A DNA stretch of 62,230 nucleotides, the filler included, from Sphacelaria rigidula (lineage: Eukaryota), in NCBI GenBank assembly GCA_964200075.2. It is 9 parts of 9 records of this genome, joined end to end, with 100 filler letters (N's around TTAATTAATTAA, not from the genome) between each part and the next. Parts side by side here need not be neighbours in the genome. Positions count along the whole stretch, not along the records: positions 48,481 to 55,305 come from CAXNAA020017893.1; positions 55,406 to 62,230 come from CAXNAA020017894.1; 7 more parts are not named here. One strand, 5' to 3'. The position numbers and the translations under genes were made by a program. The notes beneath the pieces are model-generated. The model was not told the DNA's origin, did no database searches, and saw only the letters and a program-made list of their open reading frames with translations. The stretch's first letter is position 1. Every line of letters starts with the position of its first letter. This document shows, piece by piece, positions 49,422-62,230 of this stretch.

Positions 49422-52400
49422 CTACACGGTCATGTTCTTCGGTCGGGCGTCCAGCGGGTTGCGCACGCTAGTACTACTGGCATTCAAAGACTCCGATCGC
49501 TTGGATTCCAGCACCCCTGGGCCCGCCGAAATAGCCCCCCACGGAGAGTGGGCTTGAGACGTGGTCTGGTCCAAACTCGAGTGCCTTGCTGCCGCTTTTT
49601 GGCCTTCTTTCGATCCATCAGAACCGAGTAAATCCGGCCGGTTTTCCATGGAGACGGTGGGATAGGGGGGAACGGGAAACGGGGACGTGGGAAAGAGACG
49701 ACCGCCGCTGCAAGGTGCTGCGCCGTTTCGCCAGCTGTTCCACTGTTGGGTGTAAACCTGCACCAGGTTTCGCAGATGGGCGTAGTGACGCGGAAAACGG
49801 GGCATGGGTCGGAGGTCAGAAGGGTGGCTAGTCAGAGGGAAAAGGCTGTCGAAAAAATGGCGCCCTGTGAAGGGCACGTGTGTGCACCTTACCATCATCA
49901 ACGTCAACATCGGAGGCGTGGAGTCAGCGGCGGAGTCTCGTTGTCGTGGCCTCTGTAAAACTTTGTTCGTTGACGGCCCTGAGCCACCTCCCCGTGGGGT
50001 TGGCGTAGGTTGGCAACGATAGTGTCAAATACGCCCCTCACTGCGTAAGCTAGGCAACCAGGTTACTGTTTTTTCTTTTGCGCTCGCGTTCTTTCGGGGT
50101 GACTATGATGGTGGTCGAGCTAGATCATGTTGTGCGGCGTGGGAGAACCTTAACTCCACGGAAAGAGGATGCTCATACTACGCAGTGTTTAAATAGTGAA
50201 ACACCCACGAGGTAGTGTGTGGCCCATGGCTGTCTCTGGAAGTGATGATACCAGAAAATGAAGCAACTCATTGGAGGCCGTCATCCAAATGCAAGATAAT
50301 TAGTACGCTTCGGGCCGAACAATCTTAGCAGGATGCACCTCACCCTTCATGCGATTCGCCTACACATCACGGCGCTTCGCGGTTGGTGATTGATTGCGAG
50401 CCTAGTCCGCCGGAAACCCGGCGTGCTCCGTCCCGGCTTCGTAGGGATGCGAGGTCAATGGTCATGTGACAACGGCATGCAAGATTATGAGTACACCCCC
50501 CCCGCGCGCCCCGTTCCCTCTCTAAAACTTTGTTCATTGACGACCCTGACCCACCTCCATATAAGTGTCCAGGATCTCAAGCTGCTTCCGTCGCATGGTT
50601 CGAGGAGAATCAGGCCCTGGCTGCTGCAACGGGCCGAAGTTGTTGCACTTGGCAAACCCGTCGTATCTGGGAGTAATAACCGCCGCGTTCCATGGCGATG
50701 CTCCCACCACGATACTCTCGCTTACTTCTTCACCACCCTGACCCCCGGGCCCTCCATGAGCACGATCCCCCTCGACATCTGCCGCCCCGGCTACCACCAC
50801 CATGCGCTCCATTCTGTCCTGCTCCTGTTCACGTCGCAGTGCATCGGCAGTGTCGCCGTCCTCAGGGCAGGCAGCAGTTGACGACTGCCGCAGCCTATGC
50901 TTGCCTTTGTTCGTGCCCTCATCGCGGCCGCTGGTCATCAGAAAGCGTGGGTTTTGTGACGCAGCCGCGGAGCAAGCGCGATAGTCTGGAGACGCGGTAC
51001 GATCGGGCACGGCCAGAAGCGGAGGGTGTCCCCCGAGCGCTCCATCCGAACATTTCTTCCGCCTCTTGGTACAGCTTCCCCACGGCCGCTCGACGATCGT
51101 TAGGCTTGTCTTGCTAGCAGGGCCGGGCTGACTTTCGACGTGGGCGCCCGCGGTCGTTAGGGATGCAGCGACAGACGGGGTCAGAGTGAGTGCTTGCGTT
51201 GGCGTCGGCGTTACCGAGGAGCTGAGTGCTGCGGAGCTGAGCGCCGTGTGAATACGGGAACTCGATGGCAACGGTGTGACAATGGGCGCCACGCCGTCAG
51301 AAGAAGACCCGTACGCCGGGGCAGGAGATTCCCCCTCGGTGCCCATCATCCACTGAACGCTGTGGCCCGCCCGGCCGCGTTTCCTGTTGCTCTTGTCGGT
51401 GCTCTGGCGGTCTTCCTCTTCGGAAGCGTCCCAAGACTCGGGAAAGTCGCGCATTACCTGAGCACGTGGACGTGAAGGCAAGAAGTACAGCGCAATCACA
51501 AGGGGGGGGGGGGGGGGGGAGGGGTAAGAGTGTTTTTTCCGCCGGGGCCACAAAAAAAGAAAAAATTGTGAGGCAACCAAAATGGGGGGGGGGGTAANNN
51601 NNNNNNNGCGAGGGGGGGGGGAAGAGAGGAAACAAAGCAGCAGGGGCGAGGGGGGGGGGGGGGGGGGGTTAGGGTTAGACTGATTTCTCGCGCCGTGTCA
51701 ACAACAAAGGAACAATTTGTGAGCCAGCCATATGAGGGTGAGGGTTAAAATTCGGGGCCGCATCTGGCACGGTAGGGGGTAGGTATAGCGAGTGGGGCTC
51801 CACGCCTCGTGTACTGCGGCGCATGGACGCTTTCATACGTTACACGGCACTTGATTGACAGCACACACCTGGCGAGGATCGACTGGGCTGCCCTGATCAC
51901 TTGTTAAATCGCTCATCTCCGCGCCACTGGTGGGCCTGGTAGCACTAGCCGTAGCACCACTGCTTGAAGGCTTGGGGGTGACGGATGCCGTCGTGGGGGA
52001 GTTCGCAGCGGCAGAAGAAGCAGACGAACGCGTTGCAGGGTGTCTGCGGCTTGAAGAAGGCGGAGGCGTCTCGTCCGTCGACTTCGCCCTCTTCCGTGTG
52101 CCTGTTGCAACCTGCAGAACGGGCCGATATAAAAGGCACAATTAATCTAGCGAGCGAGAGAAATACATGTCAATTTGTTCGGCCTTTCGCGTCTACAGTA
52201 GCATCGTCAACAAACTTCGCACTTCTTTCAGCGTGCAGGTTGTGTGCGTCAGAATGATACCTCGCCTGTCTTCGACCAAGTACAGCCTTGCGACCACCGA
52301 TCGAAGCAATGAGTTGGTGGCCGTGGAGCAGCAGAATTGCCATATGCACCCACAAACACACGCCATGGAAAACACCACGGATCTTCGACGGATCTAGCTG

Positions 52401-53619
52401 GACGGGGTCCTCAACGCAAAACGTACACACTACACACATACAGTATAACTCTTGCAACCATTATCGATTTACAGTTCGTCGCACGGTGACTTCTTCACTA
52501 CTGTACGCTGCACTCCGCTCTTTAAATTTACTTCGGGCAAATATTCGTGAGGTATTGCCCTGTCCAAATGCATTGCATGCTGACTCACCTGGCGACTCCG
52601 ACTGGGCGTGGTACCATCAGAGACTGACGCCGACCGTGTGCAAAGGTCCGGTGTCCTCCTGCCCGCATCACCTTTTCTTCTCTTGCCCGCAGGATTTTGA
52701 CTATCCCTTCCGCCGTCATCACTTTCATCCGTTAGAGTATCGCCGTTTCCTCGCTTAGTCTTCGACGTGGCAGCAGAAGTCGAGTTCTCTCGGCCCCGCC
52801 GAGGTGTGATAGTGGAACATGACCGGGCACTGCCACTACCACCACGACCGGAGGCGTTTCTGATTGCGATGTCGGGCATAGTGGTCGGGCTGTTGCTTGC
52901 ACCTCCTCCAGTGCGGTAGGTCGTTGGGCTGCCTCTGGTGGATCGCAAGGACGAGCGAGCATATCGAGGCTTGACGCCGCTCTTGTCCCCTGAAGCTGTC
53001 GCCACGTCAAAGTTCCCCCTGCGGCAACTCATAGTTGGTGTGGTCGGAAGTAGAGCAGGTAACGTCCTGACGGGAGTCCATATCCAACGGAAATTCGGTT
53101 TATGTGAGTCCGCGGCCTGGGGGTAGAATAGAGAACGGCATGCCGAAAAAGACGAAAAAAGGGGGGAATGGGGAAAAGGAGAATGGCGAATGCGAGGTAC
53201 GATGGACCAACAGAGGACACATGACAGATAAAAGACAGCGCGGACGAAGGAAGTACAAGCGGCTTTGACCGTCTGTGATGGCCTTTTAAATCACCGGACC
53301 CTCATTTTTTCTCCCAGCGGTAAGTCACCTTTTCGACCAGGCCGAGTGCCACGAGGGCGTTGGCGATGTCGTACAGCCTCCGCGCACGAGTCTTGTACAC
53401 CACATTCTCCGATTCCACCTGCATCCCCACCACAAACCAGCACGTGCGGCAAAAAAACTCAGCCATCTCCTACCGGCTTCACGTACGTTGGTATGTTGGC
53501 AGCGAATCAACTGCATCGCCTGGGAAGCGCGGTCGGTCAACGGCTATTTGCTCCCACGAATAATACATCAACGTGACTCTACAGTAGAATTTCGGAACAG
53601 TTTATTTCCTTCGGTTCTT

Positions 53620-53672
<53 letters not shown>

Positions 53673-55271
53673 AATAACACTCACGTCCTCTGGTTCGGAG
53701 AGCTTGATCGCAGCTTCGCCAACGCTCACCACGTCGTTCCCCACCAAGAACAACTGCACGAAGCGACGACAGAGTCCACCCAGACTCTTCTCCTGGAATC
53801 ACGCCAGCAACGAGTCAGGACATGCGAGCAAGTGCCAAGCTTCATCAGGCGTCATGCCACAGAGTAGGGACCCCCCCAAAAGCTACAGTATAACGGAAGG
53901 AACACAAAACGCCAGTGACTGGATGGGCGAGAGTTACCTTCTGTCCATCCGTCCTCGGGCCGCCCAAAGGACCAACTCCGTTCGCTTCCAGAGTTGGCTC
54001 GCTGTCCGGTGAACATGACTGGTCCGAGCCCGGCCGGAGGCACTCCGTCATACCTGATCATCCCGTCGACAGTACGATCACACGAATCAATACGAAGATT
54101 CATGAAAAAAAAAAACGAAGCCATGAACGACGAATCAAATCCATCGTGGCATGAACAGCACGGATATGATGAAAAGCTCAAGAGAGACGAATGTCACGAA
54201 ATACATTGGAAAAACACGTATAGCAAGATTAGGAACCATATATGACACGAGCGCTGTCGGTGTACCCGCCACATCGATCGTGCAGAGACACACTCTCCTT
54301 CGAAAAGAATTACTGGCGCATAGTCAGTCAACCTGTAGCACCCAAACGAAGCTTGCTGCTGTGTGGAATAAAAAAAATGTGAAAAGCGCGGCTAGCGTCA
54401 TCGACGGCTGCTCCTCCTCCAACGTGGGCACGCACCAGCTTACTACCGACAAACACCTGATAAATTGTGCCGCTACCGGTGCTGCTATTATATCCCTCAG
54501 TCTCACCGTTCTTTGCCACCTCCTCTGGGAACACGAGAGCTCCGGTTCTCTGAAGCTGCTTCAAGGTAATGTCCATGTTGCACTTGCCGTGCCATCTGCC
54601 AGCGTCCGACGCGGGCAAAGGCGAATCGGCGCGGTGAGCATTTGCGGGCGAGAGCGACGGACTGTGTGCACCGCAAAGCAAATCTTCTTCACCTTACAGC
54701 GCACAACAAGACACTTTCACAACATCCCTGAATTTCCAAACTTTCACGCGAGCAAGCTAGCTATACCGGAGCAAGGCGGAAAGAATATCGGACCGCTTGC
54801 CCTGCCGTCACCATCCACCTCCAGGGAAATTAGTATAGTGAGTTTACGTCACCGCCGCCCAAAGAACAAAATTCCATTTGCGGGTCAGACACGCGAAAAA
54901 AAAAGAAGTGGTATTTTTCGCAGTGCTCGTGTCGATCGAGGTGCCCTGTAGTGGCATAACCTACCGCCAGTACCGATTTTGCAATGCGTTTGCACGTAGC
55001 TCGGTGCTGACCTGTACGTGTTCTTCCTTGCTCTTGTTACGATACACAAGCTCTCCAAGATATTGATGACATCGTAAATACGTCGCCTGGCTACGCCCAG
55101 CTCCACGGCAGCCCTATCCAACTCCACCATCCCTTCGCTCTCGAAGGTATCTGATTCTTCACCCCGACCGGCCGATCGTGACTTGGTGAGTTTCGGTGTC
55201 ACTTCGTTGGATTGGATATGCTGCGCCCGTGCGTACACTTCGACAAAACGCCCGCACAGCAACCCGAGCGA
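49422..55271 (-). CDS. DEL: Atypical E2F transcription factor (DEL / E2F7-E2F8 type, two E2F_TDP winged-helix domains); 5' end missing at the contig edge
   Basis: Nine GT-AG exons assembled by hand with consistent phases: 55012-55271, 54507-54595, 53938-54053, 53685-53792, 53329-53418, 52589-53116, 51869-52111, 50555-51457, 49422-49757 (2673 nt, ending TAG). DBD1: SLGLLCGRFVEVY...[40 protein letters not shown]. DBD2: EKSLGGLCRRFVQLFL...VSVGEAAIKL...KTRARRLYDIANALVALGLVEK...HKPNFRW. Confidence 0.92.
49992..50516 (+). mobile_element. Putative full-length SINE (family S, ~520 bp) in the last DEL intron
   Basis: Flanked by a ~41-bp imperfect direct repeat (49950-49991 and 50517-50558). Has an A-box-like TGGCGTAGGTTGG head, a 3' end similar to LINE family L, and a C-rich tail. 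Collinear with 18860-19390. Confidence 0.7.
53623..53671. repeat. (GA)n microsatellite in a DEL intron
   Basis: Direct reading. Confidence 0.95.
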
Positions 55272-58200
55272 CTGTTGTCCGGGTAGAGTAACGACAGTTG
55301 GGTGGNNNNNNNNNNNNNNNNNNNNNNNNNNNNNNNNNNNNNNNNNNNNTTAATTAATTAANNNNNNNNNNNNNNNNNNNNNNNNNNNNNNNNNNNNNNN
55401 NNNNNCGATCAACTTTTTTCTCCCTTTCGGGCAATCAGGCCGAAGAAATCGTGAATTTGGTGATTCTGAGTCGTGATGATTTGTCCTAACCGTGCACTGT
55501 TCACCATGTTTCTTTCATTGCAACTATTTCAACAATAGACCTACACTTTTACGCAGTGCATTTTCCTGTCCATTGCAACTATTCACCATATTTTGTTCAG
55601 GGTATGAGCGTTTTAAGCGAACAGGATGGTGGCAGCCTGTCCGTTTCGCACCTCTCCTGGCACTGCTGTTGACGCTAACAACAGCGCAGGCGCATACACG
55701 ATTGCCGAGCACCTACTGGTCGTGTGCAAACATCACAAGAGAATGGCGAGAACTTTGTGCGTGGCAATAGCCCGGCGGACCCGGATCCCCTTGTTTCAAA
55801 TGAAGGCGTTTTCGCCTCAGCCGAAACAACGATTCCGAACCCTCGGCGCAGGGACAGGTAAACGGCCAACCGGCGGATGGGCGCCAACGGGGTTAGGCCC
55901 CGTCGTATCGAGATGAGAAAAAAAATGATGCATAGTGACAGTGATATCGATGATGGTGGCGATTTACTTTTTTTTTTTTTCTTTCTTGTCCTTAAGATTG
56001 GGTGGAGGCTGTTTGCTACTACAGGGGAACATTGTTAGTACGAGAGCACACATGAAAGGACGTAACTCGAGCGTTCATGGGTCGATTTCAACAAACGATA
56101 GCTCGGCTGAACCGCAAGGTCCCCGCGGTCAGCGGCCAGCGACTTCTTTTATTTTCAAAATGCACACAAGAAATGAAGGTTCATCTCGCGATTTTTTCAG
56201 TTGGCGTCTCTCCAATCCTGTATACTTCTCTTGTAATGCTCATGCTATTGATAACAATGTTCCCCCGTAATACATCCTCGTCGCCCTTGAAATCACTTCC
56301 ACAAAAAATGAACCATTCTTGAATTCATTTTGATGAGAACGGAGGAACATTCCGATGAGACTGCAAAACGCATCGCCAAATGTTGCCGCGCGTGGGCTGT
56401 TTGGCTCATGATCACACAAGGGACACCACACCCTCCAGGTGCACAGGAAGAAAGAGAGACGCGCACAGCTACATCTTGCGGCACTTCGCCGAGCGCGCTA
56501 GCACGGGACCCGTAGGCAGGGTTTCCTAGCACGGCGACAGTCATGCACAAGGCGCATCAGCATTGTCGCATGGTCGAAACCCGCACCGTCTCTCGCACGA
56601 GGAAGAGAAGCAGCAGCAGCTGTGTACGGTTGGGGATGGGGCTGAATCAGCCGGTGCCGATACTGCTGCTGCTGCTGCTGCGGCTCTTCCTCGTGTAACG
56701 GTCCATATTTTCACCGTGCGACACTGCAGATGCACATTGCAGGTGATCGCCATCCTGCTCGGAATCCCTGCTCTGTTCGCACTTTCTCACGTCATCAGCT
56801 TCACAGTTTCAATTTTTTTTGCCTGCGATAGGAAAGGCAGGCGATTTCTTGTGCGATCATGAGGTGGTGAACCGTCGCATCACTCTCATGGTCACACTTT
56901 CACCATCATTTCTTCTGTCTCGATACGACGGGGTCTTGGCAAAGCTCCAAGGGCGAAAGACCTGGCCTGAGCAGGGCAACCACAAGTTGACACACACACA
57001 CACAGACACGTACAAGAGCCAGGCGCACGGGACGGCAGCGGTACCTTTCCCCCCCTTTCAACTCCCTGCTGCCCAAGCGGAAGCTGGTGGTGTCGAGACG
57101 TGGGAAAGAGGAGCCGACCTCTTGCTTTTCAAACACGTTGCCAAGAAAAAAAAAAAAAAAAACCGCCCGGCGCTCAACCATGTAACATGGGTGAAGCAAG
57201 AAGTCGCATGGACATTGTTTTAGGGCCCACTCGCCCGATGGGTCGTCATCTACGCCCAAGAAGTTCACACCCTCCACAACTCGGCAGGACTGCCAGATTG
57301 TCGACTCCTCGAGCAAAGAGCCTGGGGCGCCTAAACAATTGAATGAAGGAACATGGGCATGGACTAGGGTGCGGGCGTCGATGGAGCCTCGTTTGTCTGG
57401 AGATCAAATTTCGATTTTTGAAAAATGAAAAATCAAAGCATCAATGCTTGCGTTGTGCTCATCGTGCACATGATTCACAACAGCGGGTGGTGCCTCTCGC
57501 CATGAACTTCGATTCCACCCGTATCGCTGTACTGCAGTTGCACTGCACTGTCGTCTGTACTGTACCGCAGTACAGAAGTGAATGCGGCGAAACGCCACCA
57601 CTTTCATGCCGCCACTGTTGTTGTGATGTTGCCCCGATTGCGCTTCCAAAGACGTGACGCATTTGGGCTCACTTCATGCCGAAAGGTGCTGAATACGCGA
57701 ACGGCACGCGACACGAATATCGTGAAGCAGTGTGAGCAACCCCCAAGGAGCAATCGAGTGAGATTGTTTGCTCTTGTCGTGGATATAGTACGCGCCATGA
57801 CTTACACAGCGGAATGCCAGTGCATTGCAGGGAATGATCACAGCCTCTCACGCGCTTTGTCGACAGCTGCTCTGACGCCATGATTCTCTTGAAGGATACG
57901 AAGGATATGGGGCATGTACGTAAGGGGGCATGGGAGAGGAGACTCTCATAAATTGCGCCGCATATTTTGACGCTATCGCGTTTGAACTTCGTGGTGATCC
58001 GTGCACACGGCCGAGCTAGAGAAGAGTAGAGTGCACTTCAACTCTTGAGAAAAGAGGGACTTTGGTGAAGGCTTTTCGAATATTCGATCCGCACGGTACC
58101 GACTATATGCTCTATGGGCTACAGCACAGATCCTTGGCACTTGCTGTTGTACTCAGCAAGCTCGACCATGGTGTTGTCTTGTGCTGTTTGTACCGTACGG

Positions 58201-58986
58201 CATCATCATGCTCTAAAATATGGTACGGCCAGGGCTATCAGTATGATTTTGGAACGTCAACTGCGGAGCGGCGCGTGTGCATCGAAAACACATAACAGCC
58301 CTCGCTTAGTTTGGCTGTGCAACTACAGCTACTATGTCATCTTCCCAGAAGACAACACACAACAGCCCCCTAGTGCTCTTCAGGCTGCTCTAGTCGGCGG
58401 AGATGTCGCCGAGCCAAATCCGTCCGCATTTGTAAGAACTGACAGGACAAGAGCTCAGTAAAGCCAGTACAGTACAGTTACGGCGCGGGTTGCAGACTAG
58501 AGCTTTTTTTTTGCTCACCTGAAGATGGATTCGCAAGCGCACGGAGAGATCGGCTGGCCGGCCGGCCCTACCACGCACCACTGCAGCCCGCTGCAAGATC
58601 ATGGAGATCAATGCTGCGCCGACTCAATAATGCACTCCACCCCACTCTAGTGCAGTACAGGGACTCAGCAGTTTGTCCTTCCGGGGGGCCCTATTCTTCA
58701 GTCGGTGGCGGTGGAGTTCAACTCCGTAGCTCTGGACGCCCATGTTTATGTTTCTCATTATTGAATTTGCCCAAGATGGTTCACGCCCGCGGTCGAGGGC
58801 TAAAGCACCATTCCGCAGTTCCATCCGTCTCGGGCGGGGACGAAAGAGAAGATTGAATTGGCGCGAGCCTTGCCATCAAGAATATTGTCCTGTATACTTG
58901 AAGAAATATGGATCAACAGCATATGACACCTACTAGAAACAAAAAATGAAGATAGAGCTGCATGGACACGAGAACAGAGACGGCCA

Positions 58987-61973
58987 ATGAAAAGCGATCG
59001 ATCGGTATTTTCTGCATCACGAGTATCTTTGTCGAATAATTGTCGGTTACTCCATGACAGTGCAAGTTATTTTATCGTCGAACCGGGACAAAACGACCCG
59101 ATGCACCACCGACGGAACAAGGTGTCCACCAGGCCGCAAGACCAGGGTTTGCAAATTCCCTGGCCTGCACCGGCGCCCCCGGCGGCTTCAGCGACTCTAA
59201 CTAGCGCCTGATTCAGCAGCCCCAGGCCTCCGCAATCATGCGGAGAATCCGATTTGTCGTCTCCACTCTATTCCACAGCAAAGCCACAAGACAGTCTTCC
59301 AGCACCCCAGAGCAGTAAAGGCCCAGGCGGGAACTGCAGAATCTTCACTTACATGAGAGTCTCGCGCGCCGGTGCCGACATCAACAACACTAGCAGCGGA
59401 GGGGACGGGAGCATAAGCGGTCCTGTAATCGCTGCAGCATGCGAGCCTCTACCTAGGGCGGCGATTCCTCACGTTAATCAGGTGCCAACATCGATACTCG
59501 TACTATTTTAGTCATGAGAGCGCAGTCAGTTGTGGTGGTGCGACAACGCAGGGGTTGGAATCGGACGTCTTCGTGTCGTTGCTGACGGACGGGCTTTCCA
59601 AGCACTTGTCGGCGACTCATCTATTCCTCCCGATCAGACGAATGTAAACAGCAACAGTGGTAGAAGAAACGGGGACGCTAGGAGAGCGGTGGCAGAGCAG
59701 TCGGTTGCAGGAACAATGATCGGGCCGGATGGACGTGACGGCGGCAGAGCAGACACTACTGCTACTACCGTCGTCGGTGTGCAGCCCAAAGACGGAAGTA
59801 CAGCAGCAGTGGTTGCGGCAGTTGGAGCGGATGCGTCGAAATCAAGTACTGATGTAGTTCCGAGCATCAATACAGTGTCGATAGATGGGAACGCAGCCGA
59901 ACAAGGGGCCGTGACGTCTACCAGGGGGACAAACGTTGATGCAGGAGCCAGCAGAAGCCTAGCCACCAAGACAACTCACGACAAGGTTTGCGCCGGGGGT
60001 TGGGATATTAGTTATGGCGGTTGGAGTAGTTTAGTTGAACAAAACATATGTGGGCTCGACTTTGCTCAGAACGGCGTAATCTCGTTCTGCAGTGCCTCGT
60101 TTCTTCTTGGCATGGAACTCTTCTCGGGGCATGTCATCCGTGCATTCCAGCGTACCCGCGTCCGAGACCACAACCAACGACTCCTTCGCGCCCCGTATAT
60201 ACCGCACAGGACCTCTGTCGGCTTCGATGAATTGCTGCACGTAGACCTCGAGACTGAGCTCAAACTCAACGGTGCGTTCGAAACATCACCGCCCGTAACT
60301 GCCGAAGTCGCGAATGCTCGGCGTGATTTTCGAATCATATTCCAAAGCTAGATGAAGCACGTCGGAAAGTGCCCACATGTAGCAACATGTCCGTGAGATC
60401 AGGAACGGATATTTTTTCGGGATGTTTTTTTTTCGAGGTTCACACCAAGACGGTCGAATCGTCCGGAACGGTTGTCACCCTCGTAAAAACCCATGGTCTA
60501 ACGGGAATTTTCGTGCGACAATATGTACAATTGACTTGGTCAGTGCGGTGTTGCGAGGGCAAACGTGTCTAAAAAAAGAAGGAAGCTGTGAAAATTTTCG
60601 GCCGTATCTCGTGGAAGGCGTCACCGATTTCAAATCTGATTGCGCCAGAATTACCGTCAGATCACAAGCTTTCAGGCGAGTGACGGCCGTTTCTGACAAC
60701 TCGACCGTCTTGGTTTTAGTCACAAAAAGACTCCCGTTCCGCACAAAAATCCGTTCCTAATCTCACAAACGTTATGTACAACATCTGATTTATGCAGAAT
60801 AACCGAGATGTGCCTTTGATTTGTTTATTCCGATGGCACTACGTAGAGTGCAGGCGCTGGCCATCCCGGGCCATCGTCACCCACCAACGCTTCGGTGCAG
60901 CGAGCGCCCGCCGAAGGCGGTCCGACTCCAGCAGGAGGGGACTCTGACGATTCGGACAGCGGTGAGGACGTTCGAAATGACGTGAAGAGATCACTGTCGT
61001 TCACCACGACAAAGCAGTCTTCACACGTGCGTGCCGTTCTTAAGCGTCGGACCTGGCGACTTGCTGGGAGTGCCGCCTCTAAGCTTACTGTAGATATGCT
61101 TTGGGCACTAGAATAATAGAAATGAGACGACAGATCTTCGTCTTATATGGACAAGTTTCGGCCTGTTGATATCTAGCTCCATCGTCTGCCGTTCGGCCCC
61201 GATGTTTCAGATCCCATGAGGGCATGTTTGAAAAGTGCGACTTTCACGATGTTGGACCTCGAGGCGGTCGCCATGTTGATGCACAGTACATGCCCCGATC
61301 GCACCCCGTGTCGCAATGAAATTACTTTGCAGGTTTGGGATCGTTGAGCGGCATCGAAGACACGGAATCAGAATCCGGGAAAGCAGTTTTATCGGCAGAG
61401 GAAAGCCCGGGGAACGGCGAAGAGGTGTTGTCAAAAGGGTTGGTGGGGGGAGCCTCCGCCGCCCAATCGCCTACTACTGCTGCTGCTATCTCTCAAGAAA
61501 ACGCGTCGAATTTGACGGGTTTTGTTCGAGACAACAATGTGCAACAACAGAAACGTAGCGACGTTGCGGGGCTCACCGCTGGTGACGGTGCAGACGGTAG
61601 TGCTGGCGCCGGGGTAAAAGGAGACACGCCTGTCGGTACTGTTCAACCTGTTGAGAATCTCGGGCAAGACGCTGGGGCATCACTCAGTGTAGTCGCTGCT
61701 ACTCATGGGGCGGAGACCTCAACAAACGACCGTGCCGACCGCGGAGGAATAGATCGTTATAATGCAGGTGCAGGTGACCACGTCTCGTCGGAAAGCGAGG
61801 GGAAAGAGAGAGATGCAGGCGACGACTTTGCCGGGGGTGCGGACGGCTACGCTGACGTGTGGGGGCTTGCGGTGCCACCACCCGACGGGACTACTGGTCC
61901 GTCGACCCTCGGTCTCGGCGACGGCGTGCAAGGAGAGTTTGACGAGCTTCCGGTGAGAATTTTTGCACGGTAA
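58987..61973 (+). pseudogene. Decayed or unresolved large gene encoding a G/A/S/D/T-rich low-complexity protein
   Basis: ORFs 58987, 59254 and 59530 share one frame separated by stops. Further coding-like ORFs lie at 60895-61116 and 61335-61973. I could not find a consistent splice model. Confidence 0.4.
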
Positions 61974-62230
61974 CACCTGCGTTGTACGCGATAACTGATC
62001 ACCAGAAATGTTTCACGAGGGGGTGATGGCGAAAAATTGGCTCTAAAACGATGTCATCTTACGCTTATATGCCACGTTGAAGTCGACCGTTTGGATAGAG
62101 AACGACAGTAAATATGCGTATACATCCCCCCCCCCCCTCGCCAGACGAGGCTGAAAGGCATAGACGGGGTAGGAAGATATACAAATGGAGAATAGAAGAA
62201 ATAGTATTGGGACAGAAACAGACAAAGATC

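Noticed and set aside
54151-54951. 266-aa plus-strand ORF
   Set aside because: It is antisense to DEL introns and an exon and has no recognisable motifs.
6827-55405. Regularly spaced TTAATTAATTAA motifs every ~6.9 kb, and any apparent gene neighbourhood across them
   Set aside because: These are artificial six-frame-stop linkers between length-sorted contigs, so the periodicity and cross-contig synteny are not biological.
55406-57900. Possible 5' exons of the DEL gene
   Set aside because: This lies beyond an artificial spacer on a different contig, and I found no E2F-like minus-strand peptide there.

Overview
This is eukaryotic, intron-rich, TE-dense DNA, most likely from a brown alga (Phaeophyceae). 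That assignment is my inference from repeat and intron style. It is not one locus: nine contigs of almost equal length (6825-6826 bp) are joined by artificial 100-nt N44-TTAATTAATTAA-N44 spacers, so adjacency across spacers means nothing. Host genes: a 5'-truncated atypical E2F (DEL/E2F7/8-type, two DNA-binding domains, 9 in-phase exons, minus strand 49422-55271) and three in-phase exons of an uncharacterised protein (35803-41167). The rest is mostly mobile-element debris: Copia RT-RNaseH and gag, Gypsy integrase and protease, LINE endonuclease and RT ends, an intron-containing Sola2-like DDE transposase pseudogene, a piggyBac-like MITE, and a TIR family with 8-bp TSDs. The most unusual observations are: (i) two different repeat families built from inward-facing tRNA-like (A-box/B-box) heads fused head-to-head at AGCGCT-centred hairpins; (ii) a putative SINE/LINE partner pair with a shared ~55-nt 3' end and poly(C) rather than poly(A) tails; (iii) a SINE insertion whose ~41-bp TSD duplicates a splice donor of the DEL gene; (iv) a (TTAGGG)4 patch replacing part of a MITE.
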